Source of the DNA: Amoebidium appalachense
Taxonomy: Eukaryota > Protista > Ichthyosporea
DNA length: 64,000 bases
Assembly: GCA_963693365.1 (NCBI GenBank)
Contig: CAVNZM010000005.1
Coordinates: 5,029,167-5,093,166, forward strand
Direction: 5' to 3'
Part shown: positions 34,964-63,471 of the stretch, in pieces
Numbering within the stretch: the stretch's first letter is position 1
Layout: each line of letters begins with the position of its first letter
Position numbers and translations under genes: made by a program
Notes under the pieces: model-generated
The model's input: only the letters and a program-made list of their open reading frames with translations
The model's database searches: none
Told to the model about the DNA's origin: nothing

Positions 34964-35547
34964 TGTGTGTGTGTGCGCTATAATTTTGTAGTGATGTGTT
35001 TCTCAAGCCAATCAATACATCTAATAAACAGGTCGTAGTTACGCGTGTTTAGTATAAAATCAAGGATGTTGTAATTTACAGGTAGGCTATCTTTCTGGGT
35101 GTCTGTTGTGAATGTGACGTGTGTGTGTTGCGGTATTATGTGGTCTATCAAACTACATTTGGCGATACATGACCGGTTAAACTGGTGTGTGTGTGTGTTG
35201 TTTGGGCATGCAAATGATGCCACCTTATACTTATTAGATCTCCACTGTATAGCACGTGTACAGTAAAAGCGTGGTAATTGATCAATAATACCATCAGCTA
35301 GAGAAAGACCAGTTCTACAGGAAGGTAATATGTATTTAGGTGTTATACACTTGCGAGTGCCATATTTGGCAATATGGTTGAGGCGGTCAGTATATATAAA
35401 ACGAGACATAAGGCTTAGTTTTTCAAGGTGTATGCTTTCATCGGGTCTAGTGTCGTGTGGTATCTTTTTCCATTTGTTATATTGCGTGATTATCTTGTGA
35501 TTGTGTACATGTTTAATAAGTAAGTGGCAGTCCAAAGTCACACACAC
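34804..35547 (-). mobile_element. 3' fragment of a second, related non-LTR retrotransposon, with (CA)n in its 3' UTR and a long poly-A tail
   Basis: The open frame 35547-34978 aligns by eye with the C-terminus of the neighbouring LINE: FIYTDRL vs FILETRL, QWRSN vs FWRCN, NILDFILNTRNYDLF vs TSIDY-LNHRKFNEF. After the stop come (CA)n, a short unique segment and an A-rich tail (T-run 34804-34866 on +). No TSD found. Confidence 0.7.
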
Positions 35548-35719
35548 ACTATTGCGGGGTTTATTTGTATTTGTGCCCAGGGGAGAAGGGGAGAGAGAGG
35601 GGAGGAAAGAGGGGGGAGGTGAAGAGGGGACAGGTCGGATAGAGAAGAGAGGGTGGGAGGGAAATTACCAATCAGTGCGCTCAATCTTATCGGCTTCGGC
35701 TGGCATGTACGTGTTCTGT

Positions 35720-35780
35720 TGACGTCATTCTCAATATCGTGACATCATGCAAATATGAACTACGTCATAACTACGTCATA
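35720..35780. promoter_or_regulatory. Cluster of CRE/ATF-like motifs
   Basis: TGACGTCA (35720-35727), TGACATCA and two TACGTCA within about 60 bp, plus ATGCAAAT, in the divergent SDR/cyclase intergenic region. Confidence 0.3.
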
Positions 35781-35889
35781 AATGAGAAAGGCCGACATAG
35801 ACCTTAATTCCCTTGGTTGATTGAATGGCACACTTTTGGGAGGGATTTGAAACAATCTAAAAATAAGACTAATAGCGGCTTGTCAACCG

Positions 35890-37028
35890 TTTTTTTTTTA
35901 CAATGACTTTATTGATATGCTAATGCATGAAGAGAAGCAAGCCGGAGATATCACAGATATCTCAGAGAAGAAAATACAAAAACCCCTTCTCACGGATACG
36001 GAGGAGATTACGACTCAAATAATCATACACCCTAGAAAACTCGTTAAACTTACGGTGGTTTAACGATAGTCAATAGAAGTAATATCAGGATTATTTAAAT
36101 AAGCTAGTCTTCAAATTTTTAACGGAAGAATCTGAGATAAATAAATACATTTATCTATAACTGATGTTTGCGAGAAAAAGGTTCTGCACAAAAGTGACAC
36201 AAACATTTATGGAAACTAAGGTTACAACGCCAAAATAAGCATTTCCAAGCAATATCACACGAAGGGGTTAGAATGGCAAAATCGTCAAGTGTGGTAGGTT
36301 TACGAGAGGAAGGATGAATATAAGTAGCTAATTTACATAACGATTGTAGAGAAAATAGACGAGTCTCTAATATAAAAAGAAGCACAGGCTCAAGAGTCCT
36401 ACCATGATATATTCTTTATCACAACGATGAAGCAAAGGATATTGAGTATGAAACCAAGTAACACACTGCTGATAAATAGGGGAAGAAGAGAAAAATAAAG
36501 GAGACAAATATTCAAAAGGCTATCTCTGAATGGGAGATAGATTGGGTACAGGACATTTCGCACGAACATTAGATATGGGAACAGGGTCTAAAGAAGGACA
36601 GAATTGCAACAAAGGATAAGAAGGAAGCCTAACCAAATGAAAACAAAAGCGAAGGCCTAACTCATTCATACGCTGACTCGCCGCAGGGAGACCAAAAACA
36701 CTCAGCAAAGGAGCCGCCAGAGGATGCCTACGCGAGGTCCGAGAGATGAACTGGATGAATTCACGCTGAAAGGAATCGAATTCCCGAAGCGCCGCGCGCT
36801 GTTGCCGTGGAGGGGCACACAAGAGTAACGGGAGGCCATATTCGAAACATGGACGAAGAAAAACTTTATAAAGAGTGAGCAGATTAGCAGGATGGACATT
36901 AGAAATACTTGCGAAAATGCCTTGATAGATGTGTAAACGACCACGCGCACGGGAAATGCGCGAAGTCAAAAGGCGCTCAAAGCAAATACCCTTAGAGGTG
37001 AAAGGAATACCTAAATAGTCATAGGAGA
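35890..37028 (-). mobile_element. 5'-truncated non-LTR retrotransposon (LINE), decayed RT thumb/C-terminal region
   Basis: Direct repeat TGTCAACCG at 35881-35889 and 37029-37037 (TSD). On the minus strand, AATAAA is followed by an A10 tail at 35890-35899. Translation gives YDYLGIPF, LLTLYKVFLRPCFEYG and a later C-x2-C...H...C motif, broken by stops and frameshifts. Confidence 0.9.
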
Positions 37029-37752
37029 TGTCAACCGGATTTAATGCTATTCGGTACGGGATAACAAAGCTGCTTTTTTTGCACAATAATTGGATATATA
37101 CACTGCACCGGTCACAGTCTTTGGGGAACTGGTGCAGATTTGGCGAATCGCTCACCACTGTCGCACATTCCAATATAAAGTAACCGTGCTTTCGTTGGAT
37201 AAATGTCACGCATGCGGTTACGTCATCGGATTCTGGAATTCGAAGGGGTATTTCTTTACATTCTTCAGTGTCCGGTCAAAGTACTGTCACAATTATTTTT
37301 GTCAGCTTACTTTGACACGAAGCTTGTAGGTACAAAGTTTTGCTGTTTTCGTGTATGTTAACCCTTTCTAGCCATTCGCGTCACTCAAACATTGTCATAG
37401 TTATTCTTATGTTGGTTGTAGTTTAGTTGGCCCCTTCGTAAGCAGCCGTGCATTTGCACCCATCTCTTTGGTTATTTTTTGCCCGAACAGCCAGACCAAT
37501 CCTTGCATTCACTGCCCAGACGGGGAAGCGATAAATCCTTGCATTGAAGCGAGAAATCGCATTGCATTTGCTTGAAGACAGATAGCTTGCACCACACCAT
37601 CAACCTCGTGCTTGGTTAGTATATTGAAAGGCCAAGCCCCGGACGCATTTGTGATAGCAGCACCTCCAATTCCAACTTTCTAATACAGCAGCCTACTTAA
37701 TTCCTTTCAACCTTTCCAACTTTCTTACACTTGCCATATTTGGTGACCTACA

Positions 37753-51919
<14,167 letters not shown>

Positions 51920-52880
51920 GAATTGCTGCTGATACGCCTTATATGGTTGCCGTAGCGCTGATATTATTGCTAAGTCTTGATTTGTGCTCTTCCTTTCTTG
52001 GTCTGAAATCACACGGATACACATTTTCTGTGCCTCGCTTTGTTTTCCTCTCGTTTGACTCGCTTGTTTTTGTGTGTGGGCATGTATGTGTGTGTGTGTG
52101 TTGGGGGGGGGGGGGGGGGGGGGGGGATGAAGTTATTCCCATGAACACACTTAAATCCGAGTTGTCACAACCTTCAATGAAACAATGCAGCCCGTTTGGT
52201 TGTGCAAAACATAGGCGCATAGCCACGTGCACAATTTGACACTTTGTATAGGCACAAAACCGTACGCACAATCTGACACTGTGTACTTTAGATACTTATT
52301 TGACAGTTCACACGCACAAAACTTGCATTTGTGATTTAACATGTCGCATGCAAGCCATCGGTTGAGACGTGTGTAAGAGATATATCTTGTTTTCATTATT
52401 ATTATGCGATTTGCACAATATTCTGAACGTTCTGTGGCCTTAAATGGCTCTGCTTGACTTGTGGGGCGGAGGTGGGATAGGCAGTGATATCTGTGTGGGT
52501 GGGAATGGAGGGGATAGGGGTGTGTACGTGTGTGTGTGTGTGTGTTGGGGGAGGGGGGGGGGGGGGGGGAGGATAGGGGGAAGATGGGGGGAGGGGGGAG
52601 GGGCATGACTGTCAAAGCGCTTGAATATAATTTTGTTCATGGTTGGAATTTTTACTCTGCAGCATTTATGCGCAGGCAGGATAGCTGATGATAAAACCGT
52701 CTCTGTACGAATTCGAGATATATTCAATATGCAACAAACATTTCCTTTAATCAATAAACAATGGTGTTGTCATGCTGTAAACATGAACAACAATAATAAT
52801 GCATTTCGATCATTCCACTGAAAGTGTGCCGGCATCTTTCGACATAGCAAACATGGTGGAGGGGGGAAGAGAGAGTGTCC

Positions 52881-52919
<39 letters not shown>

Positions 52920-53211
52920 CCCCCCCTCCCCCCCACGATGATTATGCGTACATGAATGCCGCACTGCAGGGGCACTAGAGAGAGTGCCCAAGCGTGAACC
53001 GTTTGAATGTTTGTGAACGTCCGGACGTGGGGGATGGAGGGTGGAGGGGATGCAAAAAAGGGTGTGTGTACGTAGTGGAGATTGTGAGATTGTACACAGG
53101 GGTGCATTGGCTCACGTCAGTAGGTGGGTGGGTGGTAGGTCTGATTTGGGGTATAAAAGCATCTGTATTACGGAGAGGGTGATCCGGGTGGGTCAAGTTG
53201 GGCGGGCATGT

Positions 53212-53246
<35 letters not shown>

Positions 53247-53330
53247 AGGGGGGAAGGGACGGGACATTTTGTGTTCGAGCTTACAACATGCGTGGCTATT
53301 GGCTAACCTTTTGCCCGTGTGAACCGTGGC

Positions 53331-53365
<35 letters not shown>

Positions 53366-54099
53366 GGGGGGGGGGGGGGGGGGTTTCGCGAGAGATCAAA
53401 ACAAGGCCGGAGGCATATATATCAAGACTATATTGGCTTTCCAGTCGATTCACGAAAGGAATTTTATTTTACAGCACCAAAGAATTTCAAAGGAAATGTG
53501 CACCAGGCACACAACAAACAAACACTAAGTATGGGAAGGTAGATAGATGCTTGTGCTTTCAAGCTGTAGTGTACATATTTTCTACGTAATCTTCCCTAGA
53601 AACGGGATTGATATTTCTATATTTTCATTTAAGTTCTGTCGCAATGGGTGTCTATGTAAGCTGTAGAGACCCTTTCAAGCGACATGTTTCCATACAGATC
53701 ACTATAAATATCAGCTCTAAATGTTGTTTCATCCGTACTGATAATATTCATATCGCTTCATGCGCACTGTTTAAAATTACGCCCCAAGCTTCTTTTCGTG
53801 TTGAATTTATTTTTGAGAATCAGCAAATGTGACTGTGTTTCTAAAGCCCGACTGTCACATGTTCGTGCATTATCATGTGGGTGTAAGTGGGTAAACCTAT
53901 CTACACGTTTCAACTACTTCACAGTATACGTATCTGCAAGAAAGACCCCTCCAAGACTAAAAACCCCGTGACTAATGTGTTGTTGCTCTACCTTGCTATA
54001 TAGTTATTCCTACTACCGTTTTTCAAGATCCGGAGAATCCCGTTTTTTTAACCTTCGACATCATTCATATGCCGACACATAATAAATGGACGTAGACCT

Positions 54100-54256
54100 C
54101 TATTGCTGCTGGAGAGACATCTTCTTGGGGGGCCGGGGTGGGGGCGCATCTCTCTCCGACGTTGGAATCAAGACTGTAACAAAAGAATTTCCTGTTAGCA
54201 ACCGCAAGATCACATTTTCTTGGTGTGTGTGTGTGTTTGGGGGGGAGGGGGGAGGG

Positions 54257-54287
<31 letters not shown>

Positions 54288-54534
54288 AGGTGATGGGACA
54301 CAGGCTTATGGGTGGTGTATCACTAGTGTTACTGGTGGTAGGGTGATAGTTTTATAAAGGATAAAAATGGTAGGATTATTGCCACAAATTCGACGAACAA
54401 ACATAACTGTCTAGTATTATCTGGCTAAGTTCTCCTCCAGAAATAGTAGATACACGAGCCTTTACAAAACACGTTCACTCATCTCTCTCTTTGCTTATGC
54501 CGGAATCAACAGTGGAATGGAGAGAGAAAGAGCG

Positions 54535-54568
<34 letters not shown>

Positions 54569-55735
54569 GGGGGGAAGCTAGCCGCATATAAATGTAGTAC
54601 ATTCCATGTGCCGCCGGTCAAACAAGGAGGCACTCCAGTGCATGTGTGGGCGTAAGCGGTGCGTGGGGTGAAGGGTTCGGGGAGAGGGGAGGGGTGGAAA
54701 GGGGGTGGGTGCGGGGGGGAGAAGGGGAGGGGATGGGTGGACGATGGGGAATGGAGTGCAGTTACGATAGAAAAGGGGGAAAGAAAGAAACAAAGAGCGA
54801 GGAAGGGGTATGATTCTGAAACACGGCGTTAAAAACCACAAATCAAATCATCACATTGTGCGAGCATCATCAATAAAAGGATACACCTACAGTCGCTAGA
54901 GATTCCAGTGGATGTTGTGGCGTTGATGGGCACGTTTGTTGAGCCGAGGGAGTTTGCAGCCTGGGCCGGGTATTCGGGAGACACGGGGACTTGAGACAGG
55001 TCGAGGGTGTGCCGGGTGCCGCTGGGTGAGAACACTGGGGGTGCTACAAGACGGGTGGCTTGCGTCACAGGGACCTGTGTTAGTGAAAAAGGGGGGAGGA
55101 GAAGGAGAGGGGGAGGGGGGAGGGGGGGAGGGGGGAGGGGAGGAAGGGGATGGAAGCAGGAAGAGGAGGGGAGAGAGAGGGAGTGGGGTTGAGCGCGAGA
55201 GGGGGGGGGGGGGGGGGGAGGGGGGGGGAGGGAGGGATGGGGATGTTAGAATGCGGCACACGGTACGAAGTATGATTCCATGATGAGAAATACTGTGAAG
55301 GACACATGCCAAGGCAAATATTCAAGTATGCAACATCAGCAACGAGCAGAGTGGGCGACATCGGCAGAGCCCTTCGTCAGCGGGTGCCCAAGGAGAATAA
55401 GGGACGGTGGGAGAGAAAAGGGAAAGGGGGAAGAGGGGAGGGGAGAGGGGGGAGCGGGAGGAACATTGTTATCTAATATGTTGAAATAAGGAGAGGGTAT
55501 CGCTGTGAGTGTGCGTGTGAGTGTGTGCGCGCGTGTGCGTGAAGGGTTCGTCTGCATGTGTGTGAGTGTGCGTGTGCTTGTGTACCCGCACCTTCACGTG
55601 GTATATGTTTTCCTTTTCTCTCTCTCCTTGGTTTCTTTTCCTTTCCTTTCCTTTCCTTTTTTCCCCCTCCCTTTTTTTCCCTTCTTCTTTTTTTTCCGAT
55701 TATTTACGCGCGGGGAGGGGGGAGGGAGGAGGTGT

Positions 55736-55770
<35 letters not shown>

Positions 55771-56007
55771 TAATACCTGGCCCTGTTGCATGGACTCCAC
55801 GATTCTGTCCTGCTCATTCTTCATGCCCAGGAACCGCAGCATCATGGTCTCAATCAGGAACGCCTGCACAACATGTCACCTATGAGCACAGCTGACGTGT
55901 GTGGTAGGGGTCATAGCACAGCGCTAATAAAGGCCGGAAGAGAGAGAAAATGTTTGGGCAAATAAAGGCCGCAACAAAGAAAAATGTTTAACAAATGTGA
56001 AGTATCA

Positions 56008-56056
<49 letters not shown>

Positions 56057-56073
56057 ACCACCACCACCACACA

Positions 56074-56128
<55 letters not shown>

Positions 56129-57126
56129 AAAAAGGAAAAGTAATCACACAGTGTGTGCGTGCAGAGGATCAATTAAAGCCCATCCCTCTGAGTGGCATCA
56201 CGGTGTTTCAGACTTTCAAACCGACGTCCGAGGGGGAGGGGGGGGGGGGGGGGATGATACCTGTGGGGTGATAATCGTGATTGTCTGGGGACAGGCCTCT
56301 GAGCCATACTCAATGTAGAGCATGCGGTCCACCTCAGAGGCGTGCCATGCAATCTCGTCAAGAGGGAGCGTGTGGCGCAGTGTCTGTGTGGTGAGAGGGG
56401 GGTCAGACGTTGTGGTCGGCATGGATTTTCGATTATAAATTCTTAGCTCGGTCTGATGCCCCGACATAAATATAATTCAATATATATAGTATATGCAGCA
56501 AGAGGGGGTGTCGGAAAGAATGGTCCGTGTGAAAATTTGAATATTCATTTTTAAGCCCTGCATGATGCCCCATGATATGGCCAAAAATACATATTCTGAA
56601 AAGCATAAAACTATAAACGTGTGATTTCGATGCAGAAAAGATGAATTAAAGGCCGGAGTGGTGTGAACAAAAAAAGTTGGTGATCGGAGATCGAGCACGT
56701 GTTTGTAGGTAAAGATAGGGAAAAGTCTCAATGTGGATGGAATGACGGTTGGAATGGGGGACAGTGGCACTGGGACTGGCAGGTGTGCATATATATGTAT
56801 GCTTTTATGCATGCTTGTGTGTGTGTGTGCATGTGCACGCGTGTGTGTGTTTGACACGTGCATGCGCATGGGTGCATGTGTGTGTGTGTGCGTGTATATG
56901 TGTGCGGGTAAATCGTGTGTGCGTCAGCGACTGTGAGTCTGCTTGTACGTGTGCTTGCCTATGCATAATGACGAGAAGGGAGGGACCGGGGGAGGGAGGG
57001 GGGGGGGGGGGGGTTACGTTTGTCTGGTGATGGACAATGTGCACGCCGTCGATGTTGATGCCAATGCGCACCAACTCCAGGGGGGTGTCCTGCATAACCA
57101 TGCGTCGGTTGTCGGTGCTTAGCTTG

Positions 57127-57197
<71 letters not shown>

Positions 57198-57808
57198 GCG
57201 TGAGCAGCATGCGTGCGCGAGTGCAAGCTCGAATGCGGACATGTTTGCGTAGTATTTCTTTCTTTTTTTTTGCATATGCAGGTGAGCGAGTAGGTGTGTG
57301 TTTCTGTGTGTCTCTCTCTCTGTGTGTATGTGAATGTGTGTATGGCTGCGTGTGTATGTGTTTGTATTCGTGTGAGTGCCCGTGTCCCTCTCTCGTTGCG
57401 AGAAACCGAGGGAGAGGAGAAGGAGGGGGCGGCGGGGAGAGGGGTGGGGGGGACAAGGAGTATTGTGTTGTCCCATGGCAAGCAACAGCCATTACCTCCC
57501 CCCTCCCCCTCCCCCCCCCCACACACACCCTTTTTGTTTCCTGCCCCCCGTCTGTCGAGTGCTGTCCTGAACTGACACGCACACAGCCATTGGGAACCTT
57601 CTCCTGCAATCGCAAAACAAAGACAAAACATACAAAGGCATGAAGCAGAGCAAGATGGCAGAAGGAAAGTGGTCGTGTTGCTACCGTTGCTACCACTACT
57701 AACCAAAAATGAGCAGCATGGGGGCAAGGCCGGAGGGGGTGCGCCGGGGGCGGGGTGGGCGGAAGGGAGGGGAGGGGGGGGAGGGGGGGAGGTAGGTGAT
57801 GGGGAGGG

Positions 57809-57841
<33 letters not shown>

Positions 57842-58323
57842 GGGGAGGGGGGAGGGGAGGGTTTACCGTAGAAGAATGATGCACCGTAGAATGGAAACTG
57901 TCTGCAGTACTGGAGGTAAAGTCTGTGAAGCAACGTGGGGTCGTTCTTGCCTGTGCATGCGGGATGGGGTGAGATGGTGTAAAATGGGTGGTAAGACGGG
58001 TAGAGACATGTGTTGGTGGCTAGTCGATAAAGGGTTAAGATCAAATGAGGTGATAGTGCAAAAAAGGAAGACACTCACGTAAGCAAAGGGTTGGTGATAT
58101 GCCGTGAACACCACCAAGAATAGAAATGACATGATTGTGGATAGCCCATCCGAGTAGAAGGCAGGTGGCAGTGTGTTTGGCTCGTACAGAAATATATTTT
58201 ATGATATGGGCCTATAAATAAAAAAAAGGGGGGAGGGGGGGGGGGGGGGGGGGAGGGGGGAGGAATAGAATGCGTTACATAGAATTCGAAGTACACGTTC
58301 GAGACCGACAATACACTATAGCC

Positions 58324-58367
<44 letters not shown>

Positions 58368-58381
58368 AAAAAAAAAAAAAA

Positions 58382-58455
<74 letters not shown>

Positions 58456-58849
58456 ACAAAAAGTATGCTTCACCAAGGGGCCCGGGTGTGGGTGTGTGGA
58501 GAAGGGGGGAGGGCGGAGGGGTTTGTTTGACAGTTAGGCACGTATGTACTCACCCTTATGATACTGGTGCACACGGCTAATGAGGTTGATCCACACCGGT
58601 AGCTTCTCGGACTGGATGAGGTGCTTAGGGATCAACTCCTTGAGACCATCCTCACTGAGGAACCCTTCACCGTGCTTTGCTGGGTCGTAGTCCCCAAAGA
58701 TCAGCTGCATGTCTAGCCCGGCAAGTTGCGCAGCATCAACTACAGAGATGGGGTAGAGGGACGACATGATGTTGAACCGGCACTGCAGGTGTCAAAATGG
58801 GTGGGTAATTTTTTTAATTTTTAATTTTCTTTTTTTTTTTTTTTGCGCC

Positions 58850-58892
<43 letters not shown>

Positions 58893-59137
58893 AGAAACGG
58901 CGGAGGGAAGATAAACATGTGTTATATGTTACACGGGAAGGGGGGGAGGTGGGGATGGGGGGAAGGGGAGGGGGGAGGGCGCAAAGGGAGGGGGTGGGGG
59001 GGGGGGGGAGGGGACGGGGGGATTGTGCTTTTGAAATATGTTTGGGTGTGTTTGTGTGTAAGTATTGTTATGTAGGTCGTTAGGTAGGAGGGGAATTTGG
59101 TGCAAGCTTAAACAAGTGGGGGTATTATTAGGACCGA

Positions 59138-59172
<35 letters not shown>

Positions 59173-59456
59173 GGGGGGAGGGGAAGGGGAGGTTTTGCAC
59201 GAGGAGGATCGGTGAAGTATCTTCTTGTGGTGGTGGTGGGGGGGGGCGGGGTGGAGAGAGAGAGAGAGAGGCGAGGGGGGGGGGGGGGGGGGAGGGGGGA
59301 AAGAAAGAAAAAAAAAAGATACCGCATAAAGAGTCTTTGTCATCTGATCAAGAGCTGACATTTTAAATACTTTTTTTGAATTTTTGCTTTTACTGTTGAA
59401 AAACAGGGAGGAGGGGGGAAGGGGACGAGACGGGGTGGGGGTGGGGGGGTGTGTGG

Positions 59457-59493
<37 letters not shown>

Positions 59494-59638
59494 CGGTTGC
59501 TTACCTCATCGTAGAGCAGCTTAATGGCCACGGGGTCCTTGATGGACCTCTCCACGTACTTGGTCACAAAGGCATGCCGCCGATACTCAAACCGTGGGTT
59601 GCTCGCATGGTCAAACCTGCACCGTGGAGTTAAACAAA

Positions 59639-59681
<43 letters not shown>

Positions 59682-59958
59682 GGGAGGAAGGGTTCTAAGA
59701 ATATGTCAACGGTATATAAAGTGCCAAGACACACAACACGAAAAGCGGTTAATGACATGAATGGCATGCAAAAAACGAAGACACACAAGAGAGCATGCGC
59801 GGTGGGTGGGTGGGCTGCCCGAGGGGGGGGGGGGCTGGGCTGGATCAAAGTTTCTAAGCCAAGTATTCCACGTAGCATGGAACACCATACCTCGTTTCGG
59901 AAAGATACAGTAAACGAAGACAATGTACCCCCCCCCCCCCCCCCCCTTCCCTCCCCCC

Positions 59959-59989
<31 letters not shown>

Positions 59990-60367
59990 AAAAAATAGAA
60001 CCTTATGCTCGTGACCTATTTCTCACAAACGCACATCCACCAGTGTGTACATCCACAGCGAAGGCGAGACACAACCACCCATGCACACCTTTACCATACA
60101 AACCACACATTGCCTAATGATGCAATGACCTGTCTTCCTCAGACACCCAACCATACCACACATCTACAACTTACGGTCTTCTGGTGTACTTGAGCATGAT
60201 TTCGGGCCACTGTACGCGGAGCTTGAAAGGTTCGTAGTGAGGCTTGATGAGAAGGTCTGTGTGTACGTTAATATGAGATCGTTGCAACACGTGTTGGTGT
60301 GTATGTGTATGTGAGTGTGTGAGTGTGTGTGTGTGTGTGTTTGTGTGTGTGCGTGTGTGTGTGTGTG

Positions 60368-60462
<95 letters not shown>

Positions 60463-61995
60463 ACGCGCACGCACGCATATGTCTGTGTTTTTGTACATCC
60501 ATGTATCGCATAAGTGCGTTGTTCTTCTGATCTACACACATGTGAAGGATGCAGAAGAGCAATACGCACCAAGAGCCTGCTCGGTGATCCATAGGGCAAA
60601 GAAAGGTCGGGACTCGGGTTGGAGGGCAAGCACATTGGCCATCTGTGGGTAGAGAAGAAACACTGTTGGTTTGACTTGGCAGCTTACTATGACCCCGCAA
60701 TGGGCGGATGTGGCAGATAAGTAGGCTTGAAAGCGTATGACGCCATCGTCATCATTGGCTCCCGAAAGTTTTTGCAACTCCTTGTAACGCTGCTTGATTG
60801 GATTGTTCAATTTTAGGAATGTTTAGCCGATTTAATATTAGTGATTTGTATTCAATCCATTGCCAGCCATTAAATATCCCAGGATTCCAGGGGGTGACAT
60901 GTCACCGCTCGCGCGGCGGCAGCGCATGCGCACCGCGGGCCGGGAAAAAAAAAAGGAAAAATACCGTGTGTACTTGATTTTATTAGAGATTATTTATTTC
61001 GTTTGATACTGTGTACTGATTAAAAACTTTAAAAAGAATATTTGAAAAAATGGGGGGGGTGGGGGGGGGTGGGGGAGGGGAGTTGCCAAAAAATAATCTA
61101 AAAATATTCTAAAAAATATTCCTAGGCCTCCGGGTTCCCCGCCAATAATAACAAACAAGAGCATGCTCAGGCACATTCCATCACAATGATATAAAGGCAT
61201 ATGCCGAGTTGCCAACTTCAGTCACTTCATTATTAGAGGCACGAACTCGATCGAGCTCGCACATTCACCACAGTATGACCCGTTTCCACATGCAAAGACT
61301 TGAAACATTTTCTGATTTTTTTGTCACTCGGTTGCTTTTTGCATGCACATCGAATTCATATTTAAAAATTTAGCCCATGGCCAGCTAGGCCACATGCACA
61401 CACTTAGGCACGCAGTACCATGGCAGACACAATGCACAACTCCTATAGCCTAAGCTTCGTTTGTTTTAGCGCAAAAGACAAGTTAACAACGAGCCTACGT
61501 ATACAGGAAACTGCAGTCAACGAGATGCGTTCGACATTTTTGTTTCGAACTGTGCATAAAGATGATTGGCAGCCTTTTTACCCTGTTGCCGCCCGGGATG
61601 CTGCATCAGCCAATCACATCGCGGCATTTACATGTCACTAACTAATGTGTTCTGCAGCATCCGCCCATTGCGGGGTCATAGAAGAAATGGCATACAAAGG
61701 GGGAAAAAAACCATGATCGAAAAAAAACGCTGAAAGTGGCTGTAAACGTTTGAAAAAGGAGAAGATGGGAGAGCAAGTGAATGGTTGTGTGTGAAGGCTT
61801 AGTGGAGGCCCCGGTAGTGGGGAGGGTTGGCCGGAAGAAAGGTCGAAGTGTTGTGTGTGTGTGCGTTCATGTGTGGGTGTGTGTGTGCGCGCACACACAG
61901 GCGCGTGTGTGTCTAGGTGTGTGCTTCCGTTAGGTCAACAAAGGGGAAGCATACCCCATGCCGGACATCCTGAGCCGTGCGTGCGTGTGTGCGTG

Positions 61996-62044
<49 letters not shown>

Positions 62045-62247
62045 ATGTGTGCGCGCGTGCGAATGTGTGTGTGTGTGTGTGTAAGTGTGTGTGTGTGTGC
62101 GTGGGCGTGTGCGTGTGCATGCGAATGTGTGTCTGTGTCTGTCTGTGTGTGTGGGTGTGTGGGTGTGTGGGTGTGTGGGTGTGTGTGTGTGCGTGCGGGC
62201 ACGCGTGTGCATGTATGTTTGTGTGTGTGTGCATGTGTCTGTGTGTC

Positions 62248-62322
<75 letters not shown>

Positions 62323-62343
62323 TGCATGTGTGTGTGCCGGTGT

Positions 62344-62383
<40 letters not shown>

Positions 62384-63431
62384 ATGTGTGTGTGCCGGTG
62401 TGTGTGTGTGCATGTGTGTGCCAATAAAAGTCCAGTTGGGGGAACACATACTCTGTGGTAGACATCCTGTGCAGTGGTCTTCTTGCCGTTGTCAAAGGCC
62501 AGCATCTTCCTCGTACCGTCCATCAGGCACACACGCAGGTCAAGCTCAACGTCTGATTGGTTGACCTCACCCAATCAGCAACGGCAAAAGAAATCGACCG
62601 AAATCGGCCTCAGTATATTTCATTCATGCATCCATCGACTGGAAATGTGGCGCAGAACAAAACGATGCTTTTTTATGGAGTTATTTGACCCACAATATCA
62701 ATATTTTAACCATGTATCTGTCGAATAAAATGCGACATATGATAGATGTCTTTGCTTGTTCTGTCCGCGCGCCAGGGGGGGGGGGGGGGGAAGGGGGGGG
62801 GGGGGATAATAAAAACACGATAAGAGGTGTGATAATGAGCCACCGTACGACTTTCTGGTGTGGTATCCAAACAAGGTTCTTTGGCTATCCCCTGTCGCCG
62901 CTACAGCTTTTTATTGCACATTTGCTTGGCCCCCATCCCCCCCCCCCCCCCCCCCCCCCCCCACCCTCCTCTCCCCCTCCCCCCATCCCCCCCCTCCCCC
63001 CTCCCCCCCCCTCCCCCCCCCCCCCCCCAAGTTTCAGAAACTAACAGATGCTACTACCAAGAATATTGTTGTTACTGCAAAGGCACTTCCGTAACAGCTC
63101 ACAAGCGTGCATCAACAAACGGAAAGACACAGACAGCACACAACCACACATCTCAAGCACATATAACACACACGCGCACACGCACGCACCCACACGCGCA
63201 CACATGGACACCCGTACAAACACGCATGCTCATGCACACACACTCCACAACAACATGGTACACACCTTTTGTGGTCACCTTCTTTTTGCCCCCGCTGGGC
63301 TGTTTGAATCAGCCCGCTGTTAGCAATGCTACTTCAGACGTTTTGTTCGTGTGCAAATGCTAACCTCAACTCTTCTCATTATCCGCCTACACCTTCTAAA
63401 ATTTTGATTCCAAAACCCCACCTTCCCTCCC

Positions 63432-63471
<40 letters not shown>

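Noticed and set aside
37038-37209. N-terminal part of the 229-aa minus-strand ORF as retrotransposon coding sequence
   Set aside because: It lies outside the TSD, so it is chance read-through from flanking DNA.
60660-60810. Protein-like ORF upstream of the FERM exon at 60642
   Set aside because: It mostly overlaps the transposon TIR end, and a good CAG acceptor at 60643 joins in phase with the previous exon.
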